This document shows, one piece after another, positions 34,002 through 43,676 of a stretch of 59,101 nucleotides of DNA (its first letter is position 1; each line of letters begins with the position of its first letter). The position numbers and the translations under genes were made by a program. The stretch lies in assembly GCA_021842385.1 (NCBI GenBank), contig JAKCAE010000027.1, positions 1 to 59,101 of the forward strand. Reading direction: 5' to 3'. The notes below the pieces were generated by a model. The model was not told the DNA's origin. It worked only from the letters and a program-made list of their open reading frames with translations, and ran no database searches. This DNA is from a bacterium. Its GTDB lineage: Bacteria; Patescibacteriota; Doudnabacteria; UBA920; VMFF01.

Positions 34002-35829
34002 AGCATTGAAAAGTAACATTAAATCAGTAATTTTAAGCATAGTTTTAGCAAGCCAGTTTGGTTTTGTTTTTGTTGTGCATGCTGCCCCTCTTCAAAAATA
34101 CGTTGTTCAACTTAAATCCGTCTCTTTGCTTAATGAAGTAAATGCAGAAAATATTTCCGAAGTTTTTAGAGGTGCAACTAATCCTTCATTAAAAAATACT
34201 TTCAGTTTTGAATCTTCGAAATCACTTTTAGAAATACAAAAAAAATTAGGTCTTGATTTAATGTATGTCCAGCAAGATCACACATTTAAATCAGAAGCTG
34301 TCGTTGTCAATGACCCTGGGTTTAGTACAGATGGTTCTAATACAGATCGAGAATGGGGTTTGATAAAAGCGAGGTTTCCTGAGGCTTGGGAAAAAACTCA
34401 AGGCAGCAACAGTGTTGTTGTGGCAGTAATTGATACTGGTATTGATGCTTTGCATGAAGACCTTTCTGCAGGGCAGGTTGCCTCAGGTTATGATTTTTTA
34501 AACAAAACTATAATTCCCTTTGGTATGAACTCTGATGACAATGGACACGGAACATTAGTTGCCGGAGTCATTGCCGCAACTCCAAATAATTTTAGGGGGA
34601 TTGCAGGTGCTGCTTTTACAGTCACTCTAATGCCTTTAAAAGCTTTAGATGCCACAGGCTCGGGTAATTCTTCAGACGTTGCTGCAGCAATCGTTTGGGC
34701 CGCTGATCACGGTGCTAATGTTATTAATATGTCTTTGGGGGGAGTTGGTTTTTCCAATGATGTTGTACTTTCCAACGCCATCTCTTATGCTTTCAAAAAA
34801 AATGTAGTCATAGTCGCTGCAGTGGGTAATGATGTGGCTGTTACAGGGGGAGATTTGGATGTTGCTCCTGTTTTTCCTGTATGCAATGACAATGGCGAGA
34901 ATATGGTTATTGGTGTTGCGGCAACAGACGTCTATGATTTTAAAACTGTTTTTTCTAATTACGGAAAATCTTGTGTTGATGTTACAGCTCCGGGGAAGCG
35001 TATTCTTTCAACATTAAGTTATGATCCAAATACAAAGCAGCCAACTCCCAATGCTTATGCTTATGCTTCGGGAACTTCCTTGGCAGCGCCCTTGGTTTCA
35101 GCAGAAGCCGCTCTGTTAAAGGCTTTTAATTCTAATCTAAGCAACAAAGATATACGAGACAGGATAATCCAGTCAGCAACGCCAATTGATAATCTAAACA
35201 GTAATCAGTGCAGTAGCAGATCTTGTGATGGTTTAATTGGTTTTGGCAGAATCGATGTAATGAACGCTCTTGATCAAGTCATCAACAGGGTGAATTTGAT
35301 TAAAGAAGGTGATCTGGTTTCTGTTTCTGAAACCGGATTAATATATTACATTTCTGGAGGTCAACGCCAGAGAGTTTCAGATAGTATTTTAAAGCAACGT
35401 TTTAATAATCAAACCCCAAGACAGGTCAGTGATTATGAACTCTCAGGCTTTGCTTCAGGACCTTGGGCCCTGCCTTTAAATGGTAGTCTTGTTAAAACGC
35501 CTAATGATCCAACTCTTTATTATATCTCCGAGGGTTTAAAACGTCCTGTCACAGCCTCTGTTTTTAGTCAGATCAAGGACAGCCAAAGCAGCATTCTTTT
35601 AGTTACCACTGAAGAATTAAATTCCTGGGTTTCAGGCAAGTTTTTAGCGCCAACTGAAGGTACACTTGTTAAAGGGAAACAACAAACCGTCTATTGGGTA
35701 GTTGATGGCGCTTTGCACCCAATTAACTATGCTTTTTGGAAAGACAAAGGTTTAGATATTTTCCCAATCCTTTATGTTCCGGAGTCTGATATTCCAAATT
35801 ATGCTATAGGTAGCGCATATATTAGATAA
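33970..35829 (+). CDS. Secreted subtilisin-like (S8) serine protease with three C-terminal about 60-aa repeats
   Basis: Catalytic motifs VAVIDTGID (Asp), HGTLVAGVIAA (His), NMSLGG and SGTSLAAPLVS (Ser). Signal peptide SVILSIVLASQFGFVFVVHA. The start may be the TTG at 34006 rather than the GTG at 33970. Confidence 0.85.
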   Translation: MITKKRLRKAKALKSNIKSVILSIVLASQFGFVFVVHAAPLQKYVVQLKSVSLLNEVNAENISEVFRGATNPSLKNTFSFESSKSLLEIQKKLGLDLMYVQQDHTFKSEAVVVNDPGFSTDGSNTDREWGLIKARFPEAWEKTQGSNSVVVAVIDTGIDALHEDLSAGQVASGYDFLNKTIIPFGMNSDDNGHGTLVAGVIAATPNNFRGIAGAAFTVTLMPLKALDATGSGNSSDVAAAIVWAADHGANVINMSLGGVGFSNDVVLSNAISYAFKKNVVIVAAVGNDVAVTGGDLDVAPVFPVCNDNGENMVIGVAATDVYDFKTVFSNYGKSCVDVTAPGKRILSTLSYDPNTKQPTPNAYAYASGTSLAAPLVSAEAALLKAFNSNLSNKDIRDRIIQSATPIDNLNSNQCSSRSCDGLIGFGRIDVMNALDQVINRVNLIKEGDLVSVSETGLIYYISGGQRQRVSDSILKQRFNNQTPRQVSDYELSGFASGPWALPLNGSLVKTPNDPTLYYISEGLKRPVTASVFSQIKDSQSSILLVTTEELNSWVSGKFLAPTEGTLVKGKQQTVYWVVDGALHPINYAFWKDKGLDIFPILYVPESDIPNYAIGSAYIR

Positions 35830-35834
35830 GATAT

Positions 35835-37709
35835 ATGAAAAATACAATCTTAAAAAAAATATTTGCAGGCATTTTTTCATTCACAACGCTTTTAGCGCCG
35901 TTTTCTGCAGTATTAGCTGATTTTAATCCCAACAAAATCATTGAAGACAAAACATTTTCTGACAAGGAAACATTTGGTTCTGCTTCTGGTATTCAGCAGT
36001 TCTTGGAATCAAAAAAAAGTACCTTAGCAAATACCAATCCCGGTTTTTTGCAGAAGCTTAGGGAACCTACTGATACAAAACTTAAAACAAATCTTTCAGA
36101 CCCTGAAGCTAATTTAGGTAGGTTAAGAACAGCAGCAGAGCTCATATGGGATGCTGCTTTAAAGACGGGGATTAACCCTCAGGTCATTATTGTTACTTTA
36201 CAAAAGGAGCAAAGTTTAATTACGGGAGCTTTTTCAACAGATTCCAAGCTGCAAAGCGCGCTTGATCATGCTATGGGTTTTGGTTGTCCTGATAGCGGTG
36301 GTTGTGATTCTTTGTTTTTTGGTTTCTATGCCCAGCTTTTTGGAGCATATGATGCGCAGGGAAATAAGTACATCGGAGCACCGGGATCTTTGATGCGTAG
36401 TTTTACAACGCCAAACGGTAGAGGACCGGGTGTTGATGCCCAGAATCAAACTTTTGGTACGCCAATAATAAGGACTTCAAAAATTAACGACACAATTGTT
36501 TTTAAAAATACAACTGGTGGACCACAGAACCCCCAGCCAACCCAGAGTGTCACGCTCCTGAATGCTGCTACAGCCGCTTTGTACAGATACACCCCGCATG
36601 TTTACAACGGTAATTACAATTTTTGGAAGTTTTTTGATCAGTGGTTTAGATATCCCAACGGAACTTTGATAAAGTTGGCAGGGGACACAACAACATACAT
36701 CATCAACAATGGTTTACGCTCGGTTATTCCATCCTTTGTCATTTCCGCGCGCGGTTTGAATGCTTCTGGAACAATAACAGTTTCTCCGACAGAGCTTTCT
36801 TCGCTTGATCAAGGGTCAATCTATGGTCCTGCTGATAATACGGTAGTGAAGATCAACTCTGATCAGAGCGGAAAACTTTTTGTTTTTCAGAACAGCGAGA
36901 AGCATCCTGTTTCTTCTTTTGTCTTGAAACAAAGAGGTTTAAAAGTAGAAAACGCTCTGGCAATATCGCAAGCAGAGTTTGATCTCTTTGAAACCAAAGC
37001 TATGCTGGCACCATATGACGGAACTTTGATTCAAGGTGATGCTTCAAAAACCGTATATTTGATTAAGAACGGTAAACGCATGAGCTTGAGTGCTTTCACT
37101 TTCAAACAGTATGCTTTCAAAGGCAAAGATGTAAATAGACTTTCTCAAAACGAAGTTGATGGGTATGTTCTGGGTGACTTCTTGCTGCCAAAAGACGGAA
37201 CTTTGGTTAAGACTCCGGAGAGCAGCATGGTTTTCTTAGTTCAAAGCGAGCTTTTAAGACCTGTTTCAGCAACTGTTTTTAAACTTTACAAGTTCCAGCA
37301 GTCTAAGGTGGTTACGCTTTCTATTAATGAGCTGGCAGCAGCAAGTCTGGGTTCATTCCTGGCGCCCCCTGATAACACATACCTAAGAATTCCTGATGGC
37401 TCTGTCTATCTTTATAGCAATGGTGCTAAACACCCGGTTTCTGCTTTTGTCTTTAAGCAAAGAAATATCAAGTTTGTGGCAATGGAACAAAGCGAAGCCC
37501 TTATGTTAAATGATGGTTTGCCACTGCCCCCTAAAGACGGTACCCTGATTAAAGGGGATAGATCTCAGACAATTTTTGTTATTAGCAAAGGTCTTAAGGT
37601 TGCTTTAGACGCAAAAACTTGGAGTTCAAAATACAAAAAACAAAAACCAAATGTTTTGTCTCAGGCTGAAGTAGATTCATATCCCCAAGCTTCTGATATT
37701 GAGCAGTAA
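35835..37709 (+). CDS. Secreted protein: possible peptidoglycan-hydrolase-like N-domain plus six about 60-aa repeats
   Basis: Signal peptide. GINPQVIIVTLQKEQSLIT resembles the catalytic-Glu region of muramidase/glucosaminidase-like enzymes (weak). Six DGTL[IV]K...VY....G.+.PVS..VF modules are shared with the S8 protease. Confidence 0.5.
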   Translation: MKNTILKKIFAGIFSFTTLLAPFSAVLADFNPNKIIEDKTFSDKETFGSASGIQQFLESKKSTLANTNPGFLQKLREPTDTKLKTNLSDPEANLGRLRTAAELIWDAALKTGINPQVIIVTLQKEQSLITGAFSTDSKLQSALDHAMGFGCPDSGGCDSLFFGFYAQLFGAYDAQGNKYIGAPGSLMRSFTTPNGRGPGVDAQNQTFGTPIIRTSKINDTIVFKNTTGGPQNPQPTQSVTLLNAATAALYRYTPHVYNGNYNFWKFFDQWFRYPNGTLIKLAGDTTTYIINNGLRSVIPSFVISARGLNASGTITVSPTELSSLDQGSIYGPADNTVVKINSDQSGKLFVFQNSEKHPVSSFVLKQRGLKVENALAISQAEFDLFETKAMLAPYDGTLIQGDASKTVYLIKNGKRMSLSAFTFKQYAFKGKDVNRLSQNEVDGYVLGDFLLPKDGTLVKTPESSMVFLVQSELLRPVSATVFKLYKFQQSKVVTLSINELAAASLGSFLAPPDNTYLRIPDGSVYLYSNGAKHPVSAFVFKQRNIKFVAMEQSEALMLNDGLPLPPKDGTLIKGDRSQTIFVISKGLKVALDAKTWSSKYKKQKPNVLSQAEVDSYPQASDIEQ

Positions 37710-37712
37710 TCA

Positions 37713-39143
37713 ATGAGCAAAGTTTCGAGAAACATTTTGAGTTTGGTTTTTTCAAGGGTGCTTGCAGCAGCCTTGGTTTTCGTTGGTTATGCAAGCATGT
37801 TTCGCTATCTGGGAACGTACGCTTCAGGACAATATCAATTTGTTCTTTCTTATGTTCTGCTTTTTTCCGTGGTTGTTGACTTTGGTATACAGCAACTAGT
37901 CATAAAAAAGGTTTCAGAAAACAAGGAAGAGGCTAAGAAATATCTTGGACATTTTTTTGCAGTTGAGTTTATCCTAGCTTTAAGCATTTGGATTGTTTTA
38001 GCCGCAATTGCGGTTTGGGCAGGTTATGATCCTTTGGTGCGCAACGGTATTTTTGTTGCCGGCTTTGGTATGTTTTTGAATGCCCTAACTATTCCGCATA
38101 AATCAATTCTTTCAGCGCACGAAGACATGCATCACATTGCTGTAATTAATTTCTTTGATTCAGTAATTAATGTCGCGGTTATATTTTCAGCAATATTTTT
38201 GGGAAAATCAGTGGTCTTTCTCTCCTTGGTTCAGGTTTTTAACGGTATTATGCATATCCTTGTTTATGAGTACCTCATTAAGCGCTATGTACCGAAACCA
38301 GAGCTTTTCAATTTTCTGAAAGCTTTAGACTTTTCTTTAATCCAGCGGATGATTAAAGCGGCGCTGCCTTTTGGTATGCTCGTTGGTTTTAGTATTGTTT
38401 ACAACAAAATTGATATTATCATCCTAACGCACTTCAAGGGCTATGCTGAAACAGGTTTGTATACTGCGGCCTACAAGTTTGTTGATCTTTTGGCTTTTGT
38501 TCCGGCTGTTGTTTCTTCTTCACTTTATCCTTTCATTTCTTCCCGTTTAATTTTAAATGATAAAGAAGTAATCAGCGCTTCCCTAGAAAAATACACCAGG
38601 ATGATGCTTGCCTTAGCAATTCCTTTAATAGTTGGAGGAGTATTGCTTGCTAAGAAGCTCATTGTTGTTGTTGGGGGTGCTGACTTCTTCGCGGGATATG
38701 TTGCGCTTGAAATATTGGTTTTTGCTTCAGGAATACTTTTCATTTACGCTGCCGTTAACAGCGTTATGGTTAATCAATTAACCAAGATCGCAGTAAAAAT
38801 TACTTTTAGCAATATTGTTTTGAACGTTGTTGGTAATGCAATTTTAATCCCCATCTATGGTTTAAAGGCTGCTGCTTTCATGACAGTATTTTCAGAGTTA
38901 GTCCAAGCCACCCTCTACTTCTATTTCGTCAAAACAAGAATTGTTAACTTCAAGTTTTTCAGATATATCTGGCAACCTCTTTTTGCAGCATTAATTATGG
39001 GAGTAGCGCTTTGGTCTTTTAGAGAAAAAAGTTTAGTTTTAACTATACCGCTTGGTTTAGTTGTGTATTTTGTTGCTTTGAGTGTTACTGGTTTTGTTAA
39101 GAAGAGTGATTTTCTTTTTATTTCTAATTTAAGGAGCAGCTAA
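37713..39143 (+). CDS. MOP/Wzx-type polysaccharide flippase
   Basis: 476 aa with about 12-14 TM segments. The layout is typical of polysaccharide-biosynthesis (Wzx) proteins, and it sits among glycosyltransferase genes. Confidence 0.65.
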   Translation: MSKVSRNILSLVFSRVLAAALVFVGYASMFRYLGTYASGQYQFVLSYVLLFSVVVDFGIQQLVIKKVSENKEEAKKYLGHFFAVEFILALSIWIVLAAIAVWAGYDPLVRNGIFVAGFGMFLNALTIPHKSILSAHEDMHHIAVINFFDSVINVAVIFSAIFLGKSVVFLSLVQVFNGIMHILVYEYLIKRYVPKPELFNFLKALDFSLIQRMIKAALPFGMLVGFSIVYNKIDIIILTHFKGYAETGLYTAAYKFVDLLAFVPAVVSSSLYPFISSRLILNDKEVISASLEKYTRMMLALAIPLIVGGVLLAKKLIVVVGGADFFAGYVALEILVFASGILFIYAAVNSVMVNQLTKIAVKITFSNIVLNVVGNAILIPIYGLKAAAFMTVFSELVQATLYFYFVKTRIVNFKFFRYIWQPLFAALIMGVALWSFREKSLVLTIPLGLVVYFVALSVTGFVKKSDFLFISNLRSS

Positions 39144-40246
39144 TGAGAATAGGGGTTGAGGCAGAAAGAGCAAACGTTTCAAATCCAACTGGTGTTGAGC
39201 ATTATGCCCAGCAGCTTATTCTTGCGCTGGCAAAAGAAGATTTTGAGAATGAATATATTTTGTATTTAAGGACTAAACCTGCTTCTTGGCTCCAACAATT
39301 GCCCAAGAATTTTAAGCTTAAGGTTATGCCTTTCCCGATTTTTTGGACGCAGCTTAGGATTTCCTGGGAAATGTTGGTGCGTCCTGTTGACGCGCTTTTT
39401 ATCATGGCTTCAGCACTGCCTTTGATTCACCCAAAAAACTCTCTGGTGACAATCCATGACCTTGCCTGGGAGTTCTATCCTGAAACATTCAAGACTTTTA
39501 TGCGCTGGTATTTGCGTTTTTCAACCTGGTTTGCTTGCAAGTTTTCAAGGTCCATCATTGCCGTATCTGAGCAAACAAAAAAAGATATTGCAAAAATTTA
39601 CAAAACAAATCTTTCTAAGATTTCCGTAATCTATCACGGTTTTGATGCAAAGAGTGAGATACCCGCAAAAGCATCTCAAGAAGAGCTTTCAAAAGAGCAA
39701 AAAAAGATTGCTGCTTTACCGGATAAATATATTTTGTATATATCTACACTACAGCCAAGAAAGAACGTTTCTGGTTTAATCGAAGCTTTTGTTGAGCTTA
39801 AGAAAGAAAAACAAATCCCGCAGAGTTTGGTTTTAGTTGGCGGCAAAGGCTGGCTTTATGAAAAGATAATGCAGCAGATAAAGGATCACCCTGAGGTCAT
39901 ATATTGTGGTTATGGTTATGATCGTTTTGCGTATCTTAAGAAAGCCGATCTTTTAGTACAGCCTTCTTTTTACGAGGGTTTTGGCATGAGTTTGCTTGAT
40001 GCTTTTGCTTCTGATGTTGCTGTGGCTTGCTCAAATGTTTCTGCTTTGCCAGAAGTTGCCGGAGATGCTGCAATATATTTTGATCCAAAAAATAAACAGG
40101 AAATGAAAAGCGCTATTTATGCGGCAATTACAGACAGGTCTTTGCATGATTCTTTAATCGAAAAAGGAAGAGAACGATTAAAATTATTTACTTGGCAAAA
40201 GTGCGCCAAGCAAACTCTAGCACTTTTGAAAGGGGAACATGTTTAA
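39143..40246 (+). CDS. GT4-family glycosyltransferase
   Basis: MRIGVEA...GVEHY N-terminus and the C-terminal EGFGMSLLDAFA (E-x7-E region) motif. Confidence 0.8.
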   Translation: MRIGVEAERANVSNPTGVEHYAQQLILALAKEDFENEYILYLRTKPASWLQQLPKNFKLKVMPFPIFWTQLRISWEMLVRPVDALFIMASALPLIHPKNSLVTIHDLAWEFYPETFKTFMRWYLRFSTWFACKFSRSIIAVSEQTKKDIAKIYKTNLSKISVIYHGFDAKSEIPAKASQEELSKEQKKIAALPDKYILYISTLQPRKNVSGLIEAFVELKKEKQIPQSLVLVGGKGWLYEKIMQQIKDHPEVIYCGYGYDRFAYLKKADLLVQPSFYEGFGMSLLDAFASDVAVACSNVSALPEVAGDAAIYFDPKNKQEMKSAIYAAITDRSLHDSLIEKGRERLKLFTWQKCAKQTLALLKGEHV

Positions 40247-41762
40247 GCAAAGATTTTGGTTGGTTATATTTTTCATTTTTCAAATTTTTTCAACTAGTTT
40301 GATTGCCACAGGCACTGTTAATCAAAACTGGTCATATTTAAATCTTCTTTTGCAGCTTTTGGCTATTCTCTTTTTTGATTTAGAAAATGCTTTGTTAAGC
40401 GTCATTTTAAGCATTCCTTTGTATTTGGTGTTGCCTAATTCCAAGCTTGATACTCTTTCAGCCTGGCGTTTTACTTTTCTAGCACTCTTTTTAAAGTATT
40501 GGTGGTCTGCAAAGAAACAGGGCTTAAGAATGGAGTTTGCGCCTTGGGATAAGTATTTAGCATGGTTTGCTTTGGCTGTTTTAATTTCTTTATTTTTTTC
40601 TAATGCAAACATAGTCCTTGGTTTGAAGAAATTGGCCTTTGCCCTTAATATTTACCTTCTTTATTTAGTTGTCTACAATTTTTTGATCAAAGAAAAAGAA
40701 AAAACTTTAGAAGTTATCAGATTGACCCTAGTTTCACTTTCAACAATCGTTGTCTTTGGTTTTATGCAATTAATCATAAGCTCTTTTTCTAACCTCTATT
40801 ACTTCTGGCAATATTGGGCGACATACATTTCCAAAGCTTTCTATGGTACAAGCTTTGCAGATTCCGCTATATATTCTAATTCCTGGTTTAGTTTTTCTGT
40901 TCAAGGGCAAACATTAAGAATGTTTTCTACACTTCCTGATTCGCATGCTTTTGCGGTAATTTGCGTTTTTGCACTAACAGCGATTGTTTCTTTGTTGGTT
41001 TTTGAAAAGACGAATCGAAAGAGATTTTCAAAGATTGTGCTTTGGATTTTGATGCTCCTTTCTGTTTTAGGAATTATTTTTTCAGGCACCAGGGGGGTCT
41101 GGGTGGGAATTATTGCTCCTTTGGTTTTGCTTGGTTTTGCATATTTTAAACATTACGGTCGAAGCTTGCTTAGGCCAATTGCTTTGCCAATATTGATATT
41201 TTTTGTTTTTTTAGCCTTAACTCCTTTGATTCAAAAAGGGCTGCATAGTTTTGGGCAGAGGGCTGGTGAGAGTTTTTTGCAGCGTGCTAATAGTATTTAT
41301 GATTTGCAAGAATCTTCTAATGCCGGACGTTTGCAGATTTGGCAGTATACTTTTGCAAAAGTAATCTTGCCGCATCCTTTGATTGGTGTTGGTTATGGCA
41401 ACTTTTCCTCTTTGTTAAGCTCTGATTTTGAAAAGAGATTTAATTTGCCAAAGCAATATATCAGCGCACATAGTTTGTATTTAGACATTTTTTCTGAGCT
41501 TGGTATAGTTGGACTTTTTGCTTTGTTTGTTTTTTTGAAATCTTTGTTTACTTCTTTTTACCTCTTTTTTAAAAGACACTATCTCTTTTCCGAAGATTTT
41601 ATGGTTGTTTTTGCTGTAGCCGTTGGTTTTAACCTAGCTTGGGTTTTTACGTATTCTTTGATTGATGGCACGATTATGAATGATCGGGTTTTGATGTATT
41701 TTTTCTTAATTCTTGGTATTTCTGCTAGTATATTCAAACAGTATTCTCAAGAAAAAGAATGA
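40239..41762 (+). CDS. O-antigen ligase/polymerase-like (Wzy_C family) membrane protein
   Basis: About 12 TM segments, SGTRGVWVG, an external loop with NAGRLQIW, and SAHSLYLDIFSELGIVG, typical of the WaaL/Wzy/PglL superfamily. Confidence 0.65.
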   Translation: MFKQRFWLVIFFIFQIFSTSLIATGTVNQNWSYLNLLLQLLAILFFDLENALLSVILSIPLYLVLPNSKLDTLSAWRFTFLALFLKYWWSAKKQGLRMEFAPWDKYLAWFALAVLISLFFSNANIVLGLKKLAFALNIYLLYLVVYNFLIKEKEKTLEVIRLTLVSLSTIVVFGFMQLIISSFSNLYYFWQYWATYISKAFYGTSFADSAIYSNSWFSFSVQGQTLRMFSTLPDSHAFAVICVFALTAIVSLLVFEKTNRKRFSKIVLWILMLLSVLGIIFSGTRGVWVGIIAPLVLLGFAYFKHYGRSLLRPIALPILIFFVFLALTPLIQKGLHSFGQRAGESFLQRANSIYDLQESSNAGRLQIWQYTFAKVILPHPLIGVGYGNFSSLLSSDFEKRFNLPKQYISAHSLYLDIFSELGIVGLFALFVFLKSLFTSFYLFFKRHYLFSEDFMVVFAVAVGFNLAWVFTYSLIDGTIMNDRVLMYFFLILGISASIFKQYSQEKE

Positions 41763-42775
41763 GTAAGATAGCTATAAATTTATTAAATTACAACACCCCT
41801 TGGCCTGAGATTAAGAGATGTTTGGAACATGCTCTTTCTCAGGATTATTCTGATTTTGAAGTTCAATATATGGACAATGGACCTAAGGGGCAACCAAATT
41901 TGGTTGAACAGGTTTCTCAAGAATTTGGGAATAACCCAAGGTTAAAGATCGTTGATAACGGAGAAAACTTGGGTTATGCAGGAGGACACAACAAGTTTTT
42001 TAAAAATAACTCCAGCGAGCTTTTGATGGTTTTGAATCCTGATGCTCTTTTAGAACCTGATTTTGTTTCAGAGATTGTTAAGGCTTTTGAAGAGCCTTTG
42101 GTTGGAGCAGCAACTGGCAAGATGTTAAAACCCGGAAAAAACAAACAGGATGAAAATATTTTAGATGGTACTGGTATAGTTGTTTCAAAAAGCAGAAGAG
42201 GCAGAGAGCGAGGACAGCTAGAAGTAGATCACGGGCAATATGATAGTTTAACTGAAATATTTGGGGTTTCGGGAACCGCAGCAGTTTTTAGAAAAGAAGC
42301 TTTGGAATCAGTTAAAATATTTGACAGCGAGTACTATGATCCTGACTTTTTTGCGTATTGGGAAGACTTAGATCTTTCTTGGAGAATGCGTTTGCAAGGC
42401 TGGCAAGTTTGTTTTGTGCCCAAGGCTGTAGTTATTCATCCCAGAGCAGTAGGTTTAAGTCCCGGGGGTTTGAGAAGGTTTTTTACTTTTGTTAAACATC
42501 ATCGCGGCTTTTCTTTAAATGTCAGGCGTTGGAACTGGAGAAATCACCTTTTTGCTATTATTAAAAATGATTTTGGTTGGAACTTTTGGAAAGCAGCCCC
42601 CCTTATACTTCTTAGAGAATTGGCTATGGCCTTGTTTATAACGGTTTTTTCAATATCAACATGGAGTGTATTGCCGACTTTTTTTAGACTCCTACCAAAG
42701 ATGTTTTTGAAAAGAAGGATTATCCAGGCTAGAAGAAAAGTAAATTCTAAAGAAATGGAGAAATGGTTTGTATGA
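41759..42775 (+). CDS. GT2 glycosyltransferase (rhamnosyltransferase-like)
   Basis: DNGPKG, NLGYAGGHN, NPDALLEPDF, WEDLDLSWRMRLQGW. Overlaps the upstream stop codon. Confidence 0.75.
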   Translation: MSKIAINLLNYNTPWPEIKRCLEHALSQDYSDFEVQYMDNGPKGQPNLVEQVSQEFGNNPRLKIVDNGENLGYAGGHNKFFKNNSSELLMVLNPDALLEPDFVSEIVKAFEEPLVGAATGKMLKPGKNKQDENILDGTGIVVSKSRRGRERGQLEVDHGQYDSLTEIFGVSGTAAVFRKEALESVKIFDSEYYDPDFFAYWEDLDLSWRMRLQGWQVCFVPKAVVIHPRAVGLSPGGLRRFFTFVKHHRGFSLNVRRWNWRNHLFAIIKNDFGWNFWKAAPLILLRELAMALFITVFSISTWSVLPTFFRLLPKMFLKRRIIQARRKVNSKEMEKWFV

Positions 42776-43662
42776 AAGAGCAAAAAGTAGATCTTTCCGT
42801 GATTATTTTGTCGTACAGGGTTCCCGAGCTTTTACGTAACTGTTTAAAAGCGGTTTTTAATTCTGTTTCTGGTTATTCTTTTGAGGTTATCGTTGTAGAC
42901 AATGATTCAAAAGATGGCAGTGCCGAAATGGTTGAGAGTGAGTTTCTTCAAGCTAAACTTATCCGCAATCAAAACAATGGTTTTGCCAAAGGGAACAATG
43001 CTGGCTTAAAAGAAGCCAGCGGGCGATATATTTTGTTTTTAAACCCTGATACTGAAGTAGATACAAATGTTTTTCAGGAATGTTTAAGTTTTATGGATCA
43101 ACATTCAAAAGTTGGCATGCTTGGTTGCAAGCTTGTAAAAGCAGACGGCAGCATTGACCATGCCAGCAAGCGCGGTTTCCCAAATCCTTGGAATGCTTTG
43201 GTGTATTTTCTAAAACTGGACAAACTTTTTCCAAAAAGCAAGTTTTTCGGAGGTTATGATTTGACATTTATGTCTGAAGACACGGCCGGAGAAGTTGATT
43301 CTTTGGTCGGTGCATTTATGTTGACGCGCAGGTCAGTTGTTGAAAAGGTTGGCGGCTGGGATGAAGACTTTTTTATGTATGGCGAAGATATTGAGTATTG
43401 TTACAGAGTTAAAGAAGCAGGTTTTAAGGTTTACTATTTCCCCAAAGTCACAACTATTCATTACAAAGGACAGTCTTCTAAGAAAATTCCAACTTTTACG
43501 CTTTACCATTTCCATCGCTCTATGTGGATATTCTACAAGAAGCATTACACAAAAAAGTACCCTTTTTTTATGAATTGGGCAGTATTTTTAGGGATTTGGG
43601 GTCGCTACTGGATATTACGCCTAAGAAATGCGATGATATCAGAGCCATATGTTAGCAAGTAA
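42772..43662 (+). CDS. GT2 glycosyltransferase
   Basis: LSVIILSYRVPELL, VVDNDSKDGS, NNGFAKGNN, NPDTEV, GEDIEYCYRVKEAGFKV. ATGA overlap with the upstream gene. Confidence 0.8.
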   Translation: MKEQKVDLSVIILSYRVPELLRNCLKAVFNSVSGYSFEVIVVDNDSKDGSAEMVESEFLQAKLIRNQNNGFAKGNNAGLKEASGRYILFLNPDTEVDTNVFQECLSFMDQHSKVGMLGCKLVKADGSIDHASKRGFPNPWNALVYFLKLDKLFPKSKFFGGYDLTFMSEDTAGEVDSLVGAFMLTRRSVVEKVGGWDEDFFMYGEDIEYCYRVKEAGFKVYYFPKVTTIHYKGQSSKKIPTFTLYHFHRSMWIFYKKHYTKKYPFFMNWAVFLGIWGRYWILRLRNAMISEPYVSK

Positions 43663-43676
43663 TTAAAAACAAACTA

